From NCBI GenBank assembly GCA_965214705.1, contig OZ243972.1, forward strand, positions 1,952,001 through 2,016,000: 64,000 nt of DNA, written 5' to 3'. Source of the DNA: Alphaproteobacteria bacterium. GTDB taxonomy: Bacteria > Pseudomonadota > Alphaproteobacteria > UBA828. Below, in pieces: positions 1 through 7,409 of the stretch. The number at the start of each line of letters is the position of its first letter. Position 1 is the first letter of the stretch. The notes beneath the pieces were generated by a model. It was not told the DNA's origin and made no database searches. It was given only the letters and a program-made list of their open reading frames with translations. The position numbers were made by a program, and so were the translations under genes.

Positions 1-123
1 TTCAGGGGCTGGATCCAGGTCGTGAAACTCTTGAGATTCGCTTATTTTTCGGAAATGTTCTTCGAGATCTTCAAGAGTCCGAAGAGCGAGAATCTCTTCA
101 AGGGTAGGGTTATAGGACTTCAT
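1..123 (-). CDS. Partial ORF (runs off window), probable passenger gene of the IS1595 element
   Basis: ATG at 123, 4 nt after the transposase stop. 41 open codons (MKSYNPTLEEILALRTLEDLEEHFRK...) to the window edge; AT-richer than its neighbours. Confidence 0.45.
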   Translation of the reverse strand, partial: MKSYNPTLEEILALRTLEDLEEHFRKISESQEFHDLDPAPE

Positions 124-127
124 ACCC

Positions 128-1120
128 CTACTTAGTCGCCCTCGCCCCACTGTCCAGCCCGTTATCGGCAATCAGCGCCTCGTAGGTCAGTCGCTTACCG
201 ATCATGCGCGCGACGGTCTCGGCCATCATGACCTCGGTGTCCCGCGGCCGCATGTTGTGCCGGGTCGCGAACTCGTTGACGTATCGGTGCAGGTGCTTGG
301 GGCTGATCTTGTGGAAGGTGCCGTGGTACCCGCGCTTCAGGACCGCCCAGAAGCTCTCGATGCCGTTGGTGTGGGCCTGGTCCCGAACGTACTCGCTGGT
401 GCTGTGGCACACCGCCTCGTGCTCGTAGCCCGGGATCCCCTTGTAGGAGCGTGACTCGTCGGTGTAGAGGGTGGCCCCCGCCGCGGCCCGCTCCCGCACG
501 AAGCCCTGCAGCTCGTCCTTGCCGGTACCCTCGACGACCTTGACCGAGACCCGGTTCGACCCCCGGTCCTTGATCCCCGCGACGGCGGTCTTGCCTACGG
601 ACCCCCGCCCCGTGTCGGCAAGCTCCCGGCGCTTGGCGTTACTCATGTTCTTGCGCTTGCCCCCGAAGTAAGCCTCGTCGGCCTCGACCGGACCGGACAT
701 GGACTCCGGGGTGTCGGACCACGCCTCCCGCAGCCGCTGGACCATGAAGTAGGCCGACTTCTGCGTGATGTTCAGATCCCGGTGCAACCGCATGGACGAC
801 ACGCCCTTGAGCGACACCGACCAGAGGTAGATCCCGATGGCCCACTTCTGGTAGCCGATCTTGGAGCGGTGCATCACGGTCCCCGTCTTGACGCTGAAGT
901 TGCGCCGGCATTCACCGCACCAATAGGGCAGCGGACGACGGGAGGGAACCGGCTTCACGCGGTCCGTGCCGCCGCAAAGGGGGCAATAGGAGGGGACCCC
1001 GGCCTGACCCCACCGCTGCTCCTCGAACCAGGACTCGGCGGCCTTGTCGTCGGGGAACCGCCGAAACAGGTCGATGAGGCTGATGCCTTCGCGGTGGGAC
1101 TTACCGGGCGCTTTCGCCAT
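128..1120 (-). CDS. IS1595-family (ISXO2-like) DDE transposase
   Basis: N-terminal zinc ribbon (CPLC...CGEC); VEADEAYFGG, LYTDE, HTNGIESFW and YVNEF motifs. Confidence 0.93.
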   Translation of the reverse strand: MAKAPGKSHREGISLIDLFRRFPDDKAAESWFEEQRWGQAGVPSYCPLCGGTDRVKPVPSRRPLPYWCGECRRNFSVKTGTVMHRSKIGYQKWAIGIYLWSVSLKGVSSMRLHRDLNITQKSAYFMVQRLREAWSDTPESMSGPVEADEAYFGGKRKNMSNAKRRELADTGRGSVGKTAVAGIKDRGSNRVSVKVVEGTGKDELQGFVRERAAAGATLYTDESRSYKGIPGYEHEAVCHSTSEYVRDQAHTNGIESFWAVLKRGYHGTFHKISPKHLHRYVNEFATRHNMRPRDTEVMMAETVARMIGKRLTYEALIADNGLDSGARATK

Positions 1121-1228
1121 GTGCTGTGTCCTTCAAGCCATTGATCTTGAAGGGGACTCTAGCACAAGGCGGGTGCATAGTCAAGTATATAATTCCCCAT
1201 TGAAGCCTACTCCACATTATCTTGCCTC

Positions 1229-4186
1229 TCATATTCCCAGATCATGCTCGAACCGTTTCGGCGCCGGCGTCTTCTCCAGCCCCCGCCCCGACGCACGCCC
1301 TGGCGATTGCGCGCGATCCTGCCCCGCGTCCTTCGCGGCATCGCGGCCTGCGCCGTCCGTAAGCCCCACTGCTTCAAGCGCGGCGATGCGCTCGCCGGTC
1401 ACGGCTTCGAGCTGCTCCCTGAGCGCGTTCCTGTCGTCGGTGACGAGCTCGGCGCGGTCGCGCGCGCGGCTGATCTCGACGTAGAAGGATTTCTGCGTCG
1501 TCAGTTTCGCGTGATTGGCCTCCATCGCCGCGATGACGTTGTCGACTGTGCGGCCCTGGAACGCATGCACGGTCGCGGCCCATGCGCGGTCGACGTGGCG
1601 GAGCTGCGGGTCGTCGGGGCGGAGATCGAGCATGCGCCCGTCCTCGAGGCGAAACGTCACTCGTCCATCCCTGACGGAGGTCACCTCGGCGATGCCGCTG
1701 TTGAGCAGCCCGAGGCCCATGTCGTTGCGGGTCCATCGGATGCGGTCACCGGCGCGGAGCTCGATCTCCTCGGCGCGGTAGACCTCGACCCCGCTGGTGC
1801 GGGCCGCGAGACGGTTGGGGTCCCACGAGACCGTCCCGCCGCCCTTCCCCTGGAGCGTCACCGTGTGGGCCTTGCGGTCGACGCCAAGGACGCGGAGCTC
1901 GTCGCCCTTGTCGACGCCGAGCCGCTTGTAGGGGCGGTGGAACACCACCACGTCGCCGCGCGCGTAGTTGGCCGCCAGCGTCTTCTCGGCGTTCGTATAG
2001 CCGCGCGAGACCAGCCGTTCTGCGTTCATGGCCGGCCCGTGCACGGCGCCGTCGCGCACCAGGCGCTCGCGCACGATCTCGTTGATGCGCTCGCGGAGCC
2101 CGTGGCTCGGCGCCATCAGCCCGGTCCTCGCGCGCTCGTCCGGAGACAGCGCGAGCCACCGCGCGGCGGCGGCGCCCGCGAGGTTGTCGGGCTTCACTTC
2201 GGCGACGTTCGGGCCGAGCTTCTCGAACGCTCGTCCGATTTCGCCGGCGAGGCTCGCCTCGACGGCTTCCTTCAGCGCCGGGTCGCGCTGACGCATGATC
2301 TCGTCCATGACGGCGGTCTTCATGCCGGCGGCCTGGAGCTGGGCGAAGGGCTTTCCGGCATCGACGGCGTCGAGCTGCTTCGCATCGCCCACCAGCACCA
2401 CGCGGGGGATGCGGAGCGCGTCGGCGATCCTGAGCAGGTCGCGGGTCTGGACGGTCGACGCGAGCGAGCCCTCGTCGACCACCAACGCGGTGTTCCTGAA
2501 CGCCGCGCGCATTTCGCGCGCGCCCTTCCTTGTCATGCGCCCTTCGGCGACGCCGGCGTAGCGCGCGAGGAAGCGCTGCAGCGTCTCCGATGCGATGCCG
2601 GCTTCCGATTCGAGCGTGCGGGCGGCCGAGGCCGAAGGCGCGAGGCCCCGGACCTCGTAGCCCTTCTTCTCCATGAGCGCGCGGGCGCGCCTGAGCATGG
2701 TGGTCTTGCCGGTGCCGGCATAGCCCTGGACGCCCACGGTGCGGTCGTTCGCGGACAGGATGAGCTTCACCGCCTCCTTCTGCCCATGGGTGAGAGGGCC
2801 GTTGCGGAGCGCCTTGTCGACGGCGCGGGCGCGCATCGGGACGGCGCCGCGCCCCTGTCCGGCCTCCATGAGGGAAGCGGTCTCGCGCTCGTCGGCGAGG
2901 GCGCGATCGGTGGTGAGCAGGCCGTCCATCCCCGGCAGGCGGGCGGCGTGCAGGGCTCCGGTCTTTTCCAGCGCCGCGACCTCGCGCTCGATCTCTCCCG
3001 CGGGCGCGGCGCCGGGGCTGAAGGCGAGCGCGGCGGCGAGCAGGTCGGTACGAGAGAACACCGCGTCGCGCTCGGCGATGTGGGCGACGGCCCATTGCAC
3101 GGCCTCGGCCGCCACGCCCTTCGCTCCCGCCGCATCGGACGCGGCGTCCGCTTTCTCCGTGGCGATCCCGGCCTTCGCGTCATCGACAGGGGCCGGTCCC
3201 GCCGCGCGGACGGAGCCGTCGGCCCGGCCGGCCTCATGCGTGGCCTCCCTGCCCGCCGTCCTGGCCGCCGCTTCTGCGGCGAGCCCGCGGGCATCGAAGC
3301 CCAGCGTCGCCGCCTGGTCGAGCCAGCTCTCGCGGAGCGCGGCGCGGTCGACGTCGCGCTTGGCGGCGCGGGTGAACAGCGCCGCGCGCTGGGCCAGGCG
3401 CTGGTTCTCCGCCGTGCCGCCGGCCCCCTGCCGGGCGAGTTCGGCCTCGATCTCGGCGCGCCGCGTCGAGTAGGCCTCGATGACGGCGCGCGGGACGCCG
3501 GCGATCTCGAACCGCCCGTCGGCATGCGTCTTCTCGATGCCGTATCCGAGCTTCGCGAGCTCGCCCGCGAGCTCGTTGCGGTACATGGCGCCGAGCAGCA
3601 TCTTCGAGGCGTAGAGCCTCTCGTTCGCCATCGAGCGCCATTTTCCGTCTTCGCCCCTCACCATGTTAGCGATGACGGCGTGGGTATGGAGCGCGGGATC
3701 GAGATTCCTGGATGCGTCGTGCCGGAAGGTGGCGATCACCGCCTTCTGGTTTCCGGTGCGCGCCATGCAGCCCGTTACGGGGTCTTTCATCCGGGTCTCG
3801 GCGGCGTTCCGCTCGAACCAGTCGAGCGCGCGGCCGACGGCGCGGTCGTGGGCGTCGATCGCGCGCGCGTCGCCGCCGACCAGCGCTGCGAGGGAGACGG
3901 ATTTGGGGGCGCTGAATGTGAGGTCGCGACCGGGACGGTGATGGATTCCGCCGTCCCCGCCGCACCTGCCGAGCTGCCTTCCGGAGCCGTCCGGCACGCG
4001 GCCTTCGAGGACCGCCCGGAAGGTGTCGGGGTCGACCGGGCCTTCGAGACCGAGTTCCGCCGCGCCGTGCCCGGCCCAGGCGCTGGCTTCCCGGTGATCG
4101 GGCGAGTCCCGGGCGTAATACCCGTCCCTTTCGTAATAGCTCGCCCCCTGCGCCGGCGCTGCCACCGCCCCGATCGAGGCCACCAT
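1229..4186 (-). CDS. traI: MOBF relaxase-helicase (TrwC/TraI family)
   Basis: N-terminal YY...YY (SYYERDGYY), DLTFSAPKSVS, HUH motif HDASRNLDPALHTH; helicase GYAGTGKTT, VDEGS, LVGDAKQL, TVHAFQG. Confidence 0.96.
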   Translation of the reverse strand: MVASIGAVAAPAQGASYYERDGYYARDSPDHREASAWAGHGAAELGLEGPVDPDTFRAVLEGRVPDGSGRQLGRCGGDGGIHHRPGRDLTFSAPKSVSLAALVGGDARAIDAHDRAVGRALDWFERNAAETRMKDPVTGCMARTGNQKAVIATFRHDASRNLDPALHTHAVIANMVRGEDGKWRSMANERLYASKMLLGAMYRNELAGELAKLGYGIEKTHADGRFEIAGVPRAVIEAYSTRRAEIEAELARQGAGGTAENQRLAQRAALFTRAAKRDVDRAALRESWLDQAATLGFDARGLAAEAAARTAGREATHEAGRADGSVRAAGPAPVDDAKAGIATEKADAASDAAGAKGVAAEAVQWAVAHIAERDAVFSRTDLLAAALAFSPGAAPAGEIEREVAALEKTGALHAARLPGMDGLLTTDRALADERETASLMEAGQGRGAVPMRARAVDKALRNGPLTHGQKEAVKLILSANDRTVGVQGYAGTGKTTMLRRARALMEKKGYEVRGLAPSASAARTLESEAGIASETLQRFLARYAGVAEGRMTRKGAREMRAAFRNTALVVDEGSLASTVQTRDLLRIADALRIPRVVLVGDAKQLDAVDAGKPFAQLQAAGMKTAVMDEIMRQRDPALKEAVEASLAGEIGRAFEKLGPNVAEVKPDNLAGAAAARWLALSPDERARTGLMAPSHGLRERINEIVRERLVRDGAVHGPAMNAERLVSRGYTNAEKTLAANYARGDVVVFHRPYKRLGVDKGDELRVLGVDRKAHTVTLQGKGGGTVSWDPNRLAARTSGVEVYRAEEIELRAGDRIRWTRNDMGLGLLNSGIAEVTSVRDGRVTFRLEDGRMLDLRPDDPQLRHVDRAWAATVHAFQGRTVDNVIAAMEANHAKLTTQKSFYVEISRARDRAELVTDDRNALREQLEAVTGERIAALEAVGLTDGAGRDAAKDAGQDRAQSPGRASGRGLEKTPAPKRFEHDLGI

Positions 4187-4187
4187 G

Positions 4188-6209
4188 TCAGGGTTGCCTC
4201 AGGCGGTCACCGCCCGGCGCCTTCTCCCCGGTCTCGTCGCCCGCCGCGTCCGCGCCGGCGTTATCGCCGGGCGGCGAGGTCGCCGCACCGGACTCACCCG
4301 TCCCGGATTCCGCACCGTCCCGCGGCTCCGCCGCCGCCTGGTGCGGGGACCCGAGCGCCAGCTCGCCCTGTCCCGCGTCGCCATCCTGCCCCGCGCCTTC
4401 GCGCGATCCGGCCGACTGCCCGGCCTTCTCCGCCTCGGGCGCGTGCGCATCGCGCCGCGCCGCGAAGCGCTCCGCCCGCTTCGGCCGATCGACGTAGTCG
4501 AGCGCGATCGTCGCGGCCGGCAGCGGTCCGGGGAAGCGGAGATAGCCGTGCAGGCTTTCGAGCCGCATGATCTCGGACGCCAGCGCCAGCGGGCGCAGCT
4601 CGCGCCGCGGCGTGAGCGAGACCCCGTCGCGGATGGTGTTGGCGCCGTAGGAGAGCCCCTCGACCGCCTCCTCGACCTCGGCCCGCCCGAGCGAGGCCGC
4701 CGACCAGCGCGCGGTGTCCTCGTCGGGAGCGGAGAGCACCGCGCGGGTGCCGCAGAGCCCGGAGATGGTCTCCGCGCCGTTCCGGCCGTAGAGGTCGCGG
4801 AGCGCGGAGATAACCTGGATGCCGAGCACGAAGCAGCCGCCGAACTGGCGGGACTCGGCGAGCCCCGGCTGGAGCGAGGGCACCTGGTGCAGGGTGGGGA
4901 GCTCGTCGAGCACGATCCAGACCCGCCGCCCGTCGTCCTGGTCGAGGGAGAGGAGCGCGTTGACCGCGATCTCGATCCAGGTGGAGATGAGGCCGCGCAG
5001 GCTCGCGTGCTGGTCGGCGCGCGAGGTGAGGAACAGGAAGCCGCCTCGGTGGCCGCCCCGGTGGCCGCCGCGGTTCTCGTCGGCGATCCAGTCGCGGATC
5101 GAGAACGGGGTTCCCTCGTCGGACAGCACTTCGAGCGCGCCGAGATGGGCGGTCAGCATGGCGCGGACCGAGAGCGCGGTCTTGGGGTTCTCGGGATCGA
5201 CGATGGACTGCGCGACGGTGCCCTCCATGGCCTCCGCCAACGCGGCAAGCTCGGTCTTGAGCAGGTGGTCGACCAGTACGCTGTTTTCCGTGACGCCCTT
5301 CTCCCGCAGCACGCCCGCCCCGTTGGCGAAGAGCTGGCGGGCGGCGGTGACCCAGAAGGGATCGACGGTGTCCTTCTGCTGCGGGATCAGCGCCGCCGCC
5401 ATGGTGTCGAAGTCACGCGGGCTTCTTGCTTCGTGGAAGGGCGACCAGCGGGGCGCCCTGGCATCGAGCGGATTGAGCAGCACGTCCCGGTCGGGATCGT
5501 AGAAGCTCCGCGTGTAGCTCCCCATCTTGTCGTAGACGACGCAGCGCTCGCCGCGGTCCCTGATCTGGGCCACCAGATCCGAGATCAGCACGGTCTTGCC
5601 CGATCCGGTGGTGCCGGAGACGATGGTATGGCGGGTCTCGGCCCGGTCCGGGAAGGGCACGCCCGCGATCGTGTACGGTGCGGGGCGTGCGAACAGCGCG
5701 TCGCGCAGCCGCCGGTGCGCGGGCCGCACCCGCCGGCGGAGCTGCCGCGCGGTGGCGAGTTCGGCGCCCCGGATGCGCGTCGCCCGGTTGAGCCGGCGGC
5801 CCCGGAACCAGAACAGCGCCAGGATCAGCGGCATCGCCGCCGCCGACGCCAGGGCGCCGTCGCGCGCGCCCGCGAACACCCGGTCCCTCAGCCTCTCGCG
5901 GGTCCGGAGCGCGTCGGTCGAGGCGGCGAGGTCGAGGATGGACATCGTCTCGTACCGCCCGTCCCGCATCTTGACCTCCTGGCCGGAGGTCTCGCTGTAG
6001 CCGAGGGCGAGCTTGGCCTCGGCGAGGGTCGCCATGCCGGACGCGTACCAGTCGTACCATTCGGTTTCGCGGTAGGTGTTCCAGGCCGGGAAGGCCACCA
6101 CGCAGAGCGCGGTCACGAACAGCGCGGGGCGCACCATCTGGCCCCACATGCGGAGCCCGTGGAAGAAGGTCTGCCCGCCGCGCAGGGTATTGCTGCCCAC
6201 CTTGCTCAT
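4188..6209 (-). CDS. traD: Type IV coupling protein TraD (start MSKVGSN, 673 aa)
   Basis: Two N-terminal TM segments, Walker A GTTGSGKT, DPFW, LDELPTL, ESRQFGGCFVLGIQ. ATG at 6209 overlaps the ssb stop. Confidence 0.93.
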   Translation of the reverse strand: MSKVGSNTLRGGQTFFHGLRMWGQMVRPALFVTALCVVAFPAWNTYRETEWYDWYASGMATLAEAKLALGYSETSGQEVKMRDGRYETMSILDLAASTDALRTRERLRDRVFAGARDGALASAAAMPLILALFWFRGRRLNRATRIRGAELATARQLRRRVRPAHRRLRDALFARPAPYTIAGVPFPDRAETRHTIVSGTTGSGKTVLISDLVAQIRDRGERCVVYDKMGSYTRSFYDPDRDVLLNPLDARAPRWSPFHEARSPRDFDTMAAALIPQQKDTVDPFWVTAARQLFANGAGVLREKGVTENSVLVDHLLKTELAALAEAMEGTVAQSIVDPENPKTALSVRAMLTAHLGALEVLSDEGTPFSIRDWIADENRGGHRGGHRGGFLFLTSRADQHASLRGLISTWIEIAVNALLSLDQDDGRRVWIVLDELPTLHQVPSLQPGLAESRQFGGCFVLGIQVISALRDLYGRNGAETISGLCGTRAVLSAPDEDTARWSAASLGRAEVEEAVEGLSYGANTIRDGVSLTPRRELRPLALASEIMRLESLHGYLRFPGPLPAATIALDYVDRPKRAERFAARRDAHAPEAEKAGQSAGSREGAGQDGDAGQGELALGSPHQAAAEPRDGAESGTGESGAATSPPGDNAGADAAGDETGEKAPGGDRLRQP

Positions 6210-6736
6210 CGGCCGGCCTCCGCGCCGGAGGGCGGGGCCGGGGGCGCCGGCTCCCCGGCCCGAGGGTCTTCGGCTCGAGAGTCTCCGGCCCGAGGGTCTC
6301 CGGCCCGAGGGTCTCCGCCTTCGTCGTCTCCCTTGCCGTTCGAACCGCGGCCTTCCGCCGCCGGAGCCTCCGCCGCATCCGTGCCGCCCGCGGGCCTGGG
6401 TGAGAGCACGTTGACGATCCCCTGCGGGCCGGCGACGACGATCTCGGCGATTTGCCGGTCCCGGCCCTCGCGGTCCCTGAACTCGCGGTGCGCGAGACGG
6501 CCCTCGACGAGCACCGCGGCGCCCTTCCTCACCATCGCCTCGACCGGGTCGACGGCGGGGCCGTAGACGGCAATGCGGTGCCACTCGGTGCGCTCGGCGC
6601 TGCCGCCGTCGGCGCGCTTCCACCTCCCGGTCGTGGCCAGGCTGAACGCGGCGGCGCGGCCGCCGTCCGGCAGGGCGCGGATGTCGGGATCGCGCCCGGC
6701 ATGGCCCGGCAGCGTCACTCGGTTGATGTGCAGCAT
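6206..6736 (-). CDS. ssb: Single-stranded DNA-binding protein
   Basis: INRVTLPGHAGRDP, ERTEWHRIAVYG, RKGAAVLVEGRL; RBS GGAGGA. The tail is built from 15-bp repeats and lacks the usual DDIPF tip. Confidence 0.92.
   Translation of the reverse strand: MLHINRVTLPGHAGRDPDIRALPDGGRAAAFSLATTGRWKRADGGSAERTEWHRIAVYGPAVDPVEAMVRKGAAVLVEGRLAHREFRDREGRDRQIAEIVVAGPQGIVNVLSPRPAGGTDAAEAPAAEGRGSNGKGDDEGGDPRAGDPRAGDSRAEDPRAGEPAPPAPPSGAEAGR
6257..6316. repeat. 4 x 15-bp quasi-palindromic tandem repeat (GGCNCGAGNGTCTCC) in the ssb tail
   Basis: Units: ggcccgagggtcttc / ggctcgagagtctcc / ggcccgagggtctcc / ggcccgagggtctcc. Confidence 0.9.
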
Positions 6737-6984
6737 CGTTCTGTCCTCCTCCTGGTTGAGACGAACCGCGCCGGCCCTGCCGGCGTGGGCGTAATGGGTG
6801 CGCGAAGGTCGCGGGCAACGCTGCCGCGGCGGACCGTCGCGATCGTTCGGGGTTTGCCGGCGGGCGCCGGCAGGAGGCCGAGCCGGGCCGGGAGGGGGCG
6901 AAGGGGCCTAGGCGGGAGAGGGAGCGGCGCTCCCGGCTCCAGGCCTTCCGTCCCGCCCCGCACCCCGCAACGGAGATCTCCGTC

Positions 6985-7398
6985 ATGGCACGCAACTCCC
7001 GACGCGCGTCCCGCCGTCCCGAACCGGATGAGCCGCCGCGCCGCGCCGCCTGGCGCGAGCGCGCCGTCGTGCTGGGCGGCCTCACGCTTGCCGTGCCTGC
7101 CACCCCTGTCTCGTTCGCCCTCGGCGCGGACGGCGGGATCGTCGGGTTCATGTGGCTGGTTGCCGTTGCCTGGACGGCACTCGCCAGCCTCGCCTGCGCG
7201 CTCCGGAGCGGCTTCCTTCACGGGGACTGGTCCGCTTTCAGCGGCGGCGGGCGCCGGCACGGGTGCGTGCCCGACATCCGTGGAGAGAGCTTCGACTGGA
7301 ACACCCGGACCGGCGCGTTCGCGTACATGCGGATAGCCGACGGCCGCGAGCGCCTGCTCGGCGACGACGGGCTCCGCAACCCCGACCAGGATCCCTGA
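6985..7398 (+). CDS. Small two-TM membrane protein convergent with traG; candidate entry-exclusion protein
   Basis: 137 aa with two hydrophobic segments and an upstream GGAG. Its stop lies 11 nt from the traG stop, the same layout as eex in SXT/IncC elements. Confidence 0.55.
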   Translation: MARNSRRASRRPEPDEPPRRAAWRERAVVLGGLTLAVPATPVSFALGADGGIVGFMWLVAVAWTALASLACALRSGFLHGDWSAFSGGGRRHGCVPDIRGESFDWNTRTGAFAYMRIADGRERLLGDDGLRNPDQDP

Positions 7399-7409
7399 GC
7401 ACCGATTTG

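Larger units (their letters stand above)
1..1198 (-). mobile_element. IS1595-family element, one end in window
   Basis: Candidate terminal IR GGGGAATTATATACTTGACTATG (minus strand, 1198-1176) upstream of the transposase. The other IR is not in the window. Confidence 0.65.

Noticed and set aside
5041-5072. 12-bp tandem repeat in traD (RGGH RGGH RGG)
   Set aside because: Isolated slippage duplication unrelated to the 15-bp family.
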